58,036 nt of DNA, from the NCBI GenBank assembly GCA_045602885.1, contig JAZSCJ010000022.1:1-58036 (forward strand), read 5' to 3'. A model generated the notes under the pieces. The model was given only the letters and a program-made list of their open reading frames with translations. It ran no database searches and was not told the DNA's origin. Below are positions 8,354 through 17,271 of this stretch, piece after piece. Every line of letters begins with the position of its first letter. The first letter of the stretch is position 1. Both the position numbers and the translations under genes were made by a program. Source of the DNA: Oscillospiraceae bacterium (lineage in GTDB: Bacteria; Bacillota; Clostridia; Oscillospirales; Oscillospiraceae).

Positions 8354-9406
8354 TTATACCGTGATGTGGGCCGACAGCCAGATCTGGTTCAAGCCGTGGG
8401 CCACAGTGAAGGAAAACTCCACCAGACACACAGTGGGGTTGTCCTGCATGGCGTTGACAGCCACACCGTCATAACCGGTAATGATCTCACGGGCCAGCTT
8501 GTTCTCCAGCTCCAGTACTACCTGGGAACGAATGGCGCCGCGGCTTTGTGGGGTGTTTTTGGCGCGCTGGAACTTGGCACGCAGCGCATTGCGCAGCGAG
8601 GGGATCACGTCATCCACCACCAGAATGGTGCTCAGCTCGCGCCATGTGCTGTCGGCCACGCCGCCCACCGTGGTACAGGTGGTCACTGCGCGCACCACCG
8701 AAATGATGCCGGCCACACTCTCCAACGCAGTCACACCGCCTCGCACCAGCGCGTCGATCTCGGTGTCGCTGTATCGCTTGGCCAGACCGCTCAGCCCTTT
8801 CAACGCAGCGCCGCCCAGCGGCATGGCCGGGTCACGCTCACCGGCAATGGCACCGGCAAGGGCGGCCGCGGCACGTACGCCGGACAGCACGTCGCCGCTT
8901 TCGCTGAGCACCTCGGGCGCAACCAGCACCATGCGGTTGCAGTTGATCTGCGCGGCGCGCGCGATCAGTTCGTCAACGCTTTCCCCGGCACCGCCGGCCA
9001 CCACGCCGATGCGTTCACGCCGGGCCTGCGATGCCGCGATCACACTCTCGCGCAGCATCTGCTGCACCGTCACATCGGTGCTGTCGCAGATCACGATGGA
9101 AAGATCCTCCTGCGCCTCCAGCGCGGCGAAGGCGTCGGCATAGCCGTCCTCGTCTGCCACCGGGGCCACAACAACACCGGCTGCGCCGTTGAGAAACAGA
9201 AGCCGCACCAGCTCGGTCAGCTCGGAATCGGCACCGAATTGTTCCGCAGCTTTATTGTAATCGCTTATCACACATACGCTTTGCGTCATCTCTGCATTGG
9301 ATAACGCCGCCAGTCCCACCCACTTTGCGCCGGTTGCGCCGCTGATCAAAGAGGATGCCTCATAGACCGAGTACACGCCCGGTCGTTCATGGGTTGTTAC
9401 ATTCAT
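8354..9406 (-). CDS. Contractile tail sheath protein (XkdK-like)
   Basis: 350 aa. The N-terminal ERPGVY motif (MNVTTHERPGVYSVYE) is characteristic of sheath proteins. Confidence 0.88.
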   Translation of the reverse strand: MNVTTHERPGVYSVYEASSLISGATGAKWVGLAALSNAEMTQSVCVISDYNKAAEQFGADSELTELVRLLFLNGAAGVVVAPVADEDGYADAFAALEAQEDLSIVICDSTDVTVQQMLRESVIAASQARRERIGVVAGGAGESVDELIARAAQINCNRMVLVAPEVLSESGDVLSGVRAAAALAGAIAGERDPAMPLGGAALKGLSGLAKRYSDTEIDALVRGGVTALESVAGIISVVRAVTTCTTVGGVADSTWRELSTILVVDDVIPSLRNALRAKFQRAKNTPQSRGAIRSQVVLELENKLAREIITGYDGVAVNAMQDNPTVCLVEFSFTVAHGLNQIWLSAHITV

Positions 9407-9900
9407 ACTCTCACTCCCTTGAGCTCAAAGTCCAAAAATTGTCCGCCCTCGTCTGCCACCGCATAGAGAAAGCATTTGCATACCGCCTCCACCGGGCAGC
9501 AAAACAGCCCGCTTTTTTCGTCGTAGCGCACCTCGCCTTGGCAGAAGGACTGCACCGTCAATCCCACAGGGCCGCCCTGCTGCAGTGCGTTGGCCAGCGT
9601 GTCAAAGATAGTTTGACAGGCGGCTGCCCCATCGGTGCGGCTTGCGTACAGATCCAGCGCAAAGGTCACGGTCAGCTGCTTTCCGTACAGCTCCTCCCAG
9701 CGACCGGTGGCGCTGTTATAACGCTCGCCCAGATAATCCTGAAAGCCCGAAGGGCCGCCCTCGCACCGGCGTACCGATACCGCCGCCACCGCCTGTTGAG
9801 GTTTCACCCTGCCGCTATCCGGCCATGCGGTCAGCGCCGAGATACCCTGTCGGCACAAAAAGTCCGTCATACATTCCCGTATGGTATCCAGTCCGTTCAT
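9403..9900 (-). CDS. Tail completion / head-tail joining protein (XkdJ position)
   Basis: The internal ATG at 9900 (MNGLDTIREC...) forms an ATGA overlap with the upstream stop. The track ORF extends to 10005, but that extension overlaps the upstream gene. Confidence 0.5.
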   Translation of the reverse strand: MNGLDTIRECMTDFLCRQGISALTAWPDSGRVKPQQAVAAVSVRRCEGGPSGFQDYLGERYNSATGRWEELYGKQLTVTFALDLYASRTDGAAACQTIFDTLANALQQGGPVGLTVQSFCQGEVRYDEKSGLFCCPVEAVCKCFLYAVADEGGQFLDFELKGVRV

Positions 9901-10235
9901 ACCTGCGCCTCCTCCATGGGCTCCAGCATGGCCCACCAGTGGTTTGCCTGCTGACCCACATAGACCAGGTGGGCGGTACGCACCCGGTACCGCCCGCCCT
10001 TCCATGATATATATCCCTTGTCGCCCAACGCATTTAAATCACCGCCGGGATGACCCAGATAGAGAAAACGCTTCTGCCAGGCCAGCCCCAACGGCGTGGG
10101 CACGCGCTGCTCTTCCCGGCGGTCGGGCACAGCCTGCAGAAAGGCCATGCACAGCGTGTCTTCCTGCGCGCCCTCGCCGTGCAGATGTACCATCTGTCCG
10201 TACCGCGACAGCAGCGTGGGAAATGTTTTTGTCAT
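9897..10235 (-). CDS. Head-tail joining protein (XkdI position)
   Basis: Start MTKTFPTLLSRYG at 10235 with an ATGA overlap with the upstream gene. About 112 aa. Confidence 0.5.
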   Translation of the reverse strand: MTKTFPTLLSRYGQMVHLHGEGAQEDTLCMAFLQAVPDRREEQRVPTPLGLAWQKRFLYLGHPGGDLNALGDKGYISWKGGRYRVRTAHLVYVGQQANHWWAMLEPMEEAQV

Positions 10236-10594
10236 CCCATCACCTTCTGAAAGAAGAATCGACCGTCCTCCACCCAGGGTGCCAGCAGCTGTTCGGCCTG
10301 TCGGCGCAGCGCCTGACTTCGCTGCGCTGCGGTCTCGCCGCTGTGGCGAATGGTAACGTCCCCTGCGGTAAAGGACTCCACCTGCTCCTGCCATCCGGCC
10401 GCGGCAAGAAAGGCCAGCACCTGACAGGCCGCCGCAAGCAGAAAGGCTTCCCCGCAGTCGGCAGGGGACACGCCCTGCTTCAGCCGTCCGGCCAGTTCGG
10501 TCTCCACGGCGGCGCAGATGGGAAACAGCGTTTCCCGGTCACCTTCCTCGCCACGCAGCTGCATCACCCGGGCCAAAATCTCCTCGGTCATCAA
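10232..10594 (-). CDS. Head-tail connector protein, gp6-like (XkdH position)
   Basis: 120 aa, helical, directly after the capsid gene. ATGA overlap at 10591-10594. Confidence 0.55.
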   Translation of the reverse strand: MMTEEILARVMQLRGEEGDRETLFPICAAVETELAGRLKQGVSPADCGEAFLLAAACQVLAFLAAAGWQEQVESFTAGDVTIRHSGETAAQRSQALRRQAEQLLAPWVEDGRFFFQKVMG

Positions 10595-11619
10595 ATGCTC
10601 AGCACCTTGGCTGCCTCGGTAAAGACCTTGGCAAAGCCGGAGATGCTGGTAATGGCGGCGCGCTCCAGCTGACGGTCGATCAGCTTGTCGTATTCCACCA
10701 TCACGTCAGAACCCTTGACCATTTCCAACGCATAGTTGCGGTCCAGACCGATGATCTTACCGTCGGGCATAGCGCCGGTGCGCAGTAGCTTGGCACCCAG
10801 AGGAGTGTCCAGTTTGCCGGTGCCCTGGAAGTTCAGACCGGTCAGCGGATTCTGGAACTCGGGCAGCTTGAGCAGCTCCACCATGGTATTGCCGCCCACC
10901 AGCATGGTGTTGAGCTCATAGGGGTCAAACTGGGCCCAGAAGTCCACCAGATCGTCATAGGTCAGCTTGCCGCCGGTGCCGCCAATGGGGGCGGTGCCAA
11001 CAGAAAAAGAGGGGGCGGCGTTGTGGTTGCCGTCGCCGTTGAGCAGCACGTCAATGGCGTCCTCCAGGTGCATGCGGCTGATGTGCGCACCGATCTGGCG
11101 CAGCGTCACGGAAAACAGATCCAGCTTCTGATAACGGATGGCTTCGTAAGAGGCCACCAGCATGCGGCCACGCTTGTGCAGCTTGACCAGATTCTCCTGT
11201 GTCTTAATGGTAGTCTGGGGAATGGCAGCGCCCTCGCTGACGGGGCACAGCTGCTTTTCCTGCTCGGGCACCGAGGCGATGGAGCGGTAGTCCATGCCGT
11301 CAAAACGGGTCACCGTCGCTGTGATGGAGGGCAGAATGTCCTTCTCCTCCATGCCCTGACGCACCGTACGGGCAATGTACTCGGGGAACAGTACGGCGGA
11401 GTCAGCAGTGGAGAAGAACTTCTCCACCACGTCGCTGCCCGCGCCCTTGACCTTAATGTCAAAGCGCTTGAGCTGACGCTGATAGGCGTCCAGACCCTCC
11501 AGCGCAGTGCCCTTGTAGTTTTCCGAGGGGTCGCACTTTTCCAGTACCTGCGTAAAGGAACGGCCTGCCTCGCTGTACATACCCTTTTCCAGCTTCAGAT
11601 TTTCAAACTGATAAGCCAT
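10591..11619 (-). CDS. Major capsid protein (HK97-fold type)
   Basis: 342 aa, positioned after the protease and decoration genes. RBS GGAGGAAAA lies upstream of the ATG at 11619. Confidence 0.82.
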   Translation of the reverse strand: MAYQFENLKLEKGMYSEAGRSFTQVLEKCDPSENYKGTALEGLDAYQRQLKRFDIKVKGAGSDVVEKFFSTADSAVLFPEYIARTVRQGMEEKDILPSITATVTRFDGMDYRSIASVPEQEKQLCPVSEGAAIPQTTIKTQENLVKLHKRGRMLVASYEAIRYQKLDLFSVTLRQIGAHISRMHLEDAIDVLLNGDGNHNAAPSFSVGTAPIGGTGGKLTYDDLVDFWAQFDPYELNTMLVGGNTMVELLKLPEFQNPLTGLNFQGTGKLDTPLGAKLLRTGAMPDGKIIGLDRNYALEMVKGSDVMVEYDKLIDRQLERAAITSISGFAKVFTEAAKVLSI

Positions 11620-11637
11620 GGTTCATTTTCCTCCTTC

Positions 11638-11979
11638 TTACAGTCGCACCACTGCGGTTGCAGTCGTGGTGTCGATGGCAACCACCAGATAGGTGCGGCC
11701 ATCCTCGTCGGCCATCACGCCGCCGTTGCCGTCAGCGGTCAGCTTGACCCAGCCGCAGCCGGGTGCCGCGCCGGTGTATGCCACCTGAGTCAAACCGGCA
11801 AACTGAATGCCGGCAAAGCCCTGACGGGCGTTGACCGCCACGCCGATGAACTCATCACCGCTGCCGCAGGGGGCGACTGCGCCGGCCTCATCCAGCTTGA
11901 CTACGCATCCCTTTTCCACCGGTGCAGTCACCGGAAAGGTGGCCACCATCTCACCGATGCCTTCAAACGAAACTTTCAT
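11638..11979 (-). CDS. Small head protein, DUF2190-like (decoration/cement candidate)
   Basis: 113 aa, Gly/Ala/Val-rich beta protein between the protease and capsid genes. Confidence 0.55.
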   Translation of the reverse strand: MKVSFEGIGEMVATFPVTAPVEKGCVVKLDEAGAVAPCGSGDEFIGVAVNARQGFAGIQFAGLTQVAYTGAAPGCGWVKLTADGNGGVMADEDGRTYLVVAIDTTTATAVVRL

Positions 11980-12009
11980 GCTCCATTCCTCCTCTTGTCA
12001 TATATTCGG

Positions 12010-12894
12010 TCACACCAAAAAGGCGTTGTCCCGCTCATTGTGTTCCGGGCGCTCCTGTGCGCCCTGGGGCAGCTGGGTGTGCAGCGGATATCGTGCTCCG
12101 GCCTGGGCGCCAAAGGCGTCCTTGAGATGAAGCAGCTCCTCTTCGTCCAGCTTGTCGGCAATGCCGCGCAGCACCTTGTGTTCCAACTCGGGCTGAGCCA
12201 GTGCGCCTAAACGGGCCACCTCGCCACGCAGGGCGCTCAAATACCGGCGGCCCATGGCGGCCTCCTTCTCCAACTGAATGCGCTCGGGGTCCATGCCCTT
12301 GTGAAGCACACCGGCCCGCTTCTGGGCAGGCACCGCCACAAAGGACCACTCGTAGGCATCGGTGGCGTGCTCCAGCTCGGCCCAGCACAATTTGCCGTCA
12401 TAGCGCTGTCCCTTCCCGTGGTTGCACACGTCCAAATCACCGCCGCAAATGGAGCACGTAGCCTGCTCCACCGCGCACCCCACCGACACTTCCTTCTTGA
12501 TACCGCCCTCAATCTCGGCGATCAGGTCCTCATTGGAGGGAGTGCGCAGCATGTAAGCGTAACCCTTTAGATAGCAATAGGGATCACCGGCCTGTGTTAC
12601 CATGGCCGCATCCTCTACCAACTCGGTGCGGTAGATGCGTGCCGCCTGTCCCCGGGCCGACCACTGGTGGTCAAACATGCCGCTCTTACCCACAAACAGA
12701 GTGGCCAGCTCCTCCAGAGTTTTACGGGAAAAGCGCTCCCATTCTCGATCCACCTCGTTGTCGCACAGACGCACCGTAAAGGTATACACCTCTTCGGCCG
12801 TCAGCTGCTTGCGACTGAGTGCGTTGATTTGCGCCAAGTCCTCGGCGCTGACCTGTGCCGCGCACATGGCGTCGGCCTGCTTTGCGATGTTCAT
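12010..12894 (-). CDS. Prohead protease/scaffold, XkdF-like
   Basis: 294 aa directly after the portal gene (ATGA overlap at 12891-12894), with a helical C-terminal scaffold-like tail. Confidence 0.6.
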   Translation of the reverse strand: MNIAKQADAMCAAQVSAEDLAQINALSRKQLTAEEVYTFTVRLCDNEVDREWERFSRKTLEELATLFVGKSGMFDHQWSARGQAARIYRTELVEDAAMVTQAGDPYCYLKGYAYMLRTPSNEDLIAEIEGGIKKEVSVGCAVEQATCSICGGDLDVCNHGKGQRYDGKLCWAELEHATDAYEWSFVAVPAQKRAGVLHKGMDPERIQLEKEAAMGRRYLSALRGEVARLGALAQPELEHKVLRGIADKLDEEELLHLKDAFGAQAGARYPLHTQLPQGAQERPEHNERDNAFLV

Positions 12895-14039
12895 TCCGAT
12901 TCCTCCAGTTTTGCAGCCTGAGTGCGGTAAAGCTGCGCCCGCGCCGCCTCCACCTCATCCTGCAGATTGATGTCCTGCCAACAGATTTCCACAGCGTCGT
13001 CATACCCGTGCAGCCGCAGCCACAGCGAACAAATGCGCTCCAGTGTGGGGGTCAGACTGCGCCGAATGGCGCCCAGCTCGCTGGTCATAATGTCGGCCTG
13101 CTGGGTGCTCATGCGCTCGGTGGACGACCAGGAAAGTCCCAAAAGGAATGGGGGGATGCCCGTCTTGGCCACCAGCTGCTCCAAAATCTGCCGTACCGGC
13201 ACCTCGCTGTCCAAAATCTGGTTGTCGGCGCCGATCACCTTGATGTCCACGTCGCCCACCGCCACGAAATCTCGCACACTTCCGTTTTTGGTGCTCTGCA
13301 TGGCGCTGCTCCACTCCCGGGCGATCTCCTGACAGCGCTCCCGAGCCAGCGAGCGTTCCATGCCATCCCCATCCGGCTTGTACACCACGGCAAAGCGCAG
13401 ATTGCCCATGCGCTCCCAGTTCATGCCGATGGTCTGATAGATCTTCAGTAAGATCTCGGACAAAAAGGGCATGGAGCGAAGCATACTCACGCCATAGGGG
13501 GCGCTGGCCTCCGGCTGAAAAGGAGTGAACAAAAGTAGCTCCTGCCAGGGCAGCGGCTCGATCTGTCCCCCCACGCCACGGGTACAAAGACGGAAATCCA
13601 GCGGATGCTCCCCCTCCTGGATCTCAATGTCATCGGGATTGCCGCACAGCACGGCGGCGATCTCCCGACCCGTCCGATCCAGTACGATCTCGCCAATGCC
13701 CCGGCCGCAGGTCAGCATGCTGTCCAGATACCCGTCCAGAAAGCTCTGCAATCCGAATTGATTGCGCCCCACGGCTACGGTACGTACAAAGCGATCCATA
13801 CCGGCCTGCGCCCGATGTTCCCGGCATTGCACGGTAAATCCGCCGCACAGACGGATCAGCTTGAGAATGGCCGCGTCCACAATGGGAATGGCCTCCCGAA
13901 TGGTGCGGTACAACTGCGTCTGGCCGTGGTTGAGCGGCACATACCCGTTGAGTGCGCCAAACGGATGCCGGTCACAGCGGCGCAGCTGTACCGCTGTTTC
14001 CGCGCCTGCGCTCTCTTTTTTTCGTTCCCAGAAACCCAT
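12891..14039 (-). CDS. Portal protein
   Basis: Start MGFWERKK at 14039, preceded by caGGAGGGaaatc just after the terL stop. About 382 aa, following terL. Confidence 0.82.
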   Translation of the reverse strand: MGFWERKKESAGAETAVQLRRCDRHPFGALNGYVPLNHGQTQLYRTIREAIPIVDAAILKLIRLCGGFTVQCREHRAQAGMDRFVRTVAVGRNQFGLQSFLDGYLDSMLTCGRGIGEIVLDRTGREIAAVLCGNPDDIEIQEGEHPLDFRLCTRGVGGQIEPLPWQELLLFTPFQPEASAPYGVSMLRSMPFLSEILLKIYQTIGMNWERMGNLRFAVVYKPDGDGMERSLARERCQEIAREWSSAMQSTKNGSVRDFVAVGDVDIKVIGADNQILDSEVPVRQILEQLVAKTGIPPFLLGLSWSSTERMSTQQADIMTSELGAIRRSLTPTLERICSLWLRLHGYDDAVEICWQDINLQDEVEAARAQLYRTQAAKLEESE

Positions 14040-14052
14040 GATTTCCCTCCTG

Positions 14053-15309
14053 TCAAAATGCGCCCCGTTCCACACAAAGGGCGCTCATGCCGGTGTGCGG
14101 CTGCTGTGCAATCGTGGTGGCAAAATAGCGAATGTCATCCATGGCGTGGTCATGCTCTTTGCGTACCCGGTCTTTTCCACCGTCATCCTCCCAGCGATAC
14201 AGGGCAAACTCCCGAATGGCCGACAGACAATCCGGGCAAATCACCAGTCGCCCCTGCCGCAGCAGATCGGCCGTCAGACGAATGCCGCCCAGCACCTCGT
14301 TGCGGGCCTTGACCACCGGCCAGCCTGCACGGCGCAGCACTTCAATAAAGCTGGCCGCCGACGGATCGACCACAACACATTGGATGCTGCGCCCTCCGGC
14401 CAGTTGCTCCAGCGCCTGGGCGTACTCACCGTCGGTTTTCTGCCGACCCTCGGCCCGGGAATCGTAGTAATACTCCTTGACCCGATACCAAACGCCCTGC
14501 TGCAATCCCCACAACCCAAAGGAGGCCGGATTCACCGTGCCGTAATCGCAGGAGATGGCCCAGCGCTCAAAGGGGCCGGGCGGTGCCGGCTTGATGTAGC
14601 TCTCGTCGAAGAAGTCGTAGACCAGCCCCTCGGCGGCCACCCATTCCCCCAGCACAAACCGACGATAAAAAGTACCCCGAAAGACTCGCTCATACCGCTT
14701 GCGCACCGCCGGGCTCAACCCGGGATTGTCCTGCATGGTGAAATGCAGATACAGTGCGTTGCGCTGCTCGGCCTTGCAGATCCACTCCTTGTAAAACCAG
14801 TGCTCCGGCCCTTCGGGGTTGCAGGAAAACCAGAATCGGCTGCCCAGCACCGAGCAGCGTGCCATGGCCTGCTCCACAAAGGAGCGCGGCATGAGCGCCA
14901 CCTCATCCAGCAGCACACCGGCCAGCGTCAAACCCTGAATGTGGGCCGCGCTGCCCTCATCCCGTCCGCCAAACAGATAAAAGGTATTCTTCCTTCTTCC
15001 TGCGCGCACCGTTACGCAGCCACGGGATACCTTTTCCTCTACGGAAAACCCCAGTGACCGCAACTGCTCCAACGCCTGTCCCAACAGATTGCGCCGCACC
15101 GCTGCCGCCGTTTTTCCACACAGCGCGAACTGCTCGTTTTGAAACCGGGCCATACTCCACAGAAAAAAGGATATGGTCATGGCCAGCGTCTTGCCGCTTC
15201 GCACTGCGCCGTCGCAGATGATGGCCTCCCGATCCCGGTGGGGGGAATTGCCGCGCCACCAGGACAGGACCTGTTTCTGCTTTTGGGAAAAACTCTGCAC
15301 GCTCAGCAT
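14053..15309 (-). CDS. Terminase large subunit (PBSX/XtmB-like)
   Basis: 418 aa. Walker A-like DGAVRSGKT, a LLDE Walker B and a C-terminal nuclease region. Confidence 0.9.
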   Translation of the reverse strand: MLSVQSFSQKQKQVLSWWRGNSPHRDREAIICDGAVRSGKTLAMTISFFLWSMARFQNEQFALCGKTAAAVRRNLLGQALEQLRSLGFSVEEKVSRGCVTVRAGRRKNTFYLFGGRDEGSAAHIQGLTLAGVLLDEVALMPRSFVEQAMARCSVLGSRFWFSCNPEGPEHWFYKEWICKAEQRNALYLHFTMQDNPGLSPAVRKRYERVFRGTFYRRFVLGEWVAAEGLVYDFFDESYIKPAPPGPFERWAISCDYGTVNPASFGLWGLQQGVWYRVKEYYYDSRAEGRQKTDGEYAQALEQLAGGRSIQCVVVDPSAASFIEVLRRAGWPVVKARNEVLGGIRLTADLLRQGRLVICPDCLSAIREFALYRWEDDGGKDRVRKEHDHAMDDIRYFATTIAQQPHTGMSALCVERGAF

Positions 15310-15623
15310 GCCGCCCCATCTTCCTCTGCACCCAATGCGTTGAGAAATGCCGTGCAGCTGCCATCATCCTCTTCTTTGATCAGATGATAAATGCGCTCCA
15401 GCAGCGCTGCCCGGTCGGCCAGCTTGATCTCAATGGTTCCGTTGGCGCTGCGCTTGAACTCGGTCAATGCCGTCAGATCCAACTCCTCCAACCGGGCGAT
15501 TTCCTCCTCGGTCAAGTAGGCCAGGCGAATCGCATCGTTGACCTTTCCGCAGGCCAGTCGTTCCAGCCGCCGCAAAATCGCTTCCGCCTTTTTTCGGTTG
15601 CGTTCCAAAGTTCCACCTCCCAT
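15303..15623 (-). CDS. Terminase small subunit
   Basis: Small helical protein overlapping the terL start by 7 nt. The start is uncertain: ATG at 15623, or TTG at 15608 lying 7 nt after GGAGG. Confidence 0.55.
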   Translation of the reverse strand: MGGGTLERNRKKAEAILRRLERLACGKVNDAIRLAYLTEEEIARLEELDLTALTEFKRSANGTIEIKLADRAALLERIYHLIKEEDDGSCTAFLNALGAEEDGAAC

Positions 15624-15674
15624 ACCTGCATCCAATCGGGCGAAAATGTTGCACCTTGCGATACACACAACAAG

Positions 15675-15715
15675 AAAAATAAAAAACCACGGTCTGCCGT
15701 TTGACAGACCGTGGT
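15675..15715 (-). terminator. Rho-independent terminator of nhaC
   Basis: ACCACGGTCTG, 8-nt loop, CAGACCGTGGT, followed on the minus strand by ttttttattttt. Confidence 0.75.
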
Positions 15716-15732
15716 CGATGAGGTATGGATAT

Positions 15733-17049
15733 TTACTTTGCCTTGCGCTCGGGGAGGAGATAGATAAACACCAGGCTGCTGATCAGCAGCAGGAAGGGGT
15801 AGAACAGGAAGGGGATGATCTGGAACGCCGAAACTTCATGGCCCAGCGTTGCGCAGGCAGAAAGGGCGACCAGCATCTGCGCGCCATAGGGGATAATGCC
15901 TTGGAAAATACAGGAGAAGGTGTCCAGAATGGATGCCGTCTTCTTGTTGGAAACACCGTAATTTTTCGCCATCTCCTTGGCGATGGGGTTGGCCATGACG
16001 ATGGCCACGGTGTTGTTGGCGGTGGCAATGTCCATCAGACCCACCAGCACGCCCATACCCAGCTGACCATTCTTCTTGCCCCGGAAGAGCTTCTGAATGC
16101 CGTTGAGCAGGGACTGGAAGCCGCCGTACTCGCGCACCAGTGCGCCCATAGCCGCCACCAGCACGGCCACCATGGTGGTTTCAAACATACCGGCCGCGCC
16201 GGAGCCCATATTGCCCAGCAGAGCGAAGAAACTCTCCACCGCGCCGGTGGCCAGCATGATGACCGCACCCGACACAATGCCCACCAGCAGCACAACAAAA
16301 ACGTTGATACCCACAATGCCACCCACCAGAACCAGTACATAGGGGATGACCTGAACCAGATTATACTCGCTGGGGATGTACTCGCCGTGATAGGCGCGCA
16401 GGGAAACTACCAGGGTCAAAATCAGCGTCACTACTGCGGCCGGCAGCGCGATCCAGAAATTCTCACGGAACTTGTCCTTCATCTGGCAACCCTGGCCGTT
16501 ACAGGCGGCAATGGTGGTGTCGGAAATAAAGGACAGGTTATCGCCAAACATAGCGCCGCCCATGACCGCGCCCACGCACAGAGCCAGCGAGAAGCCGGAA
16601 GCATCGGAAACCGCCACGGCAATGGGGGTGATCAGCGTGATGGTGCCCACGCTGGTACCCATGGCGGTGGACACAAAGCAGGCCACGATAAACAGCACCG
16701 CCACCGCAAAACGGGGCGGAATGATGGACAGCATGAAGTAGGCCACGCTGGCCGCGCCCGAGCGGCCCACCACGCCCACAAAAATACCGGCAAACATGAA
16801 AATGAAGATCATGGTGACAATGTTGGGGTCACCAATGCCCTGTCCCATCAACGCGATCTTATCGTTGAGCGATACGCCGCGGTTTTGCAAACAGGCCACC
16901 AGAATGGCAACCAAAAAGGCCACCACGATGGGCACGTTGTAAAAACCCATGGGGATCTTCATGGCATACTCGAAAACCAGTCCCAGCCCCAGATAGAGCA
17001 CCAGAAATACGCCGATGGGAAGCAATGCGATGGGATTTCCCTTTTTCAT
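15733..17049 (-). CDS. nhaC: Na+/H+ antiporter, NhaC family
   Basis: 438-aa polytopic membrane protein with NhaC-like N-terminal and central hydrophobic pattern. Confidence 0.85.
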   Translation of the reverse strand: MKKGNPIALLPIGVFLVLYLGLGLVFEYAMKIPMGFYNVPIVVAFLVAILVACLQNRGVSLNDKIALMGQGIGDPNIVTMIFIFMFAGIFVGVVGRSGAASVAYFMLSIIPPRFAVAVLFIVACFVSTAMGTSVGTITLITPIAVAVSDASGFSLALCVGAVMGGAMFGDNLSFISDTTIAACNGQGCQMKDKFRENFWIALPAAVVTLILTLVVSLRAYHGEYIPSEYNLVQVIPYVLVLVGGIVGINVFVVLLVGIVSGAVIMLATGAVESFFALLGNMGSGAAGMFETTMVAVLVAAMGALVREYGGFQSLLNGIQKLFRGKKNGQLGMGVLVGLMDIATANNTVAIVMANPIAKEMAKNYGVSNKKTASILDTFSCIFQGIIPYGAQMLVALSACATLGHEVSAFQIIPFLFYPFLLLISSLVFIYLLPERKAK

Positions 17050-17271
17050 TCGTACTTACATTCCTTTCGCCTTCCCATGTGAGGGGAAGATACAATTTGA
17101 AAAAACAACCTCTATATTATATCGTTTCTGCGACCATGCGTCAATACGGCCAACCAACGGTACAGGGGAAGACTCCTGTAACCAAACTGTACTTGCTTTT
17201 TCATAGGTGTGCCCCTATAATAATACGTGAATTTTTGCGGCATTTGAATGATGTGAGGTTGAACGAGAGTA

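Larger units (their letters stand above)
2846..15668 (-). mobile_element. PBSX-like phage-derived head and contractile-tail gene cluster (structural and packaging genes only); candidate domesticated particle/GTA-like locus or prophage remnant
   Basis: Eighteen co-oriented genes in PBSX order: terS, terL, portal, protease, decoration, capsid, three connectors, sheath, tube, chaperone with frameshift, tape-measure slot, LysM, then XkdQ/R/S/T/U-like. Eight ATGA start/stop overlaps. Host terminators on both sides. Confidence 0.75.

Noticed and set aside
2755-15733. An intact inducible prophage with att sites.
   Set aside because: There are no integrase, repressor, replication or lysis genes. I could not see direct repeats at the two borders, and no tRNA is adjacent; the nearest tRNA is about 31 kb away. 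Hence the locus is described as a structural-gene-only cluster.
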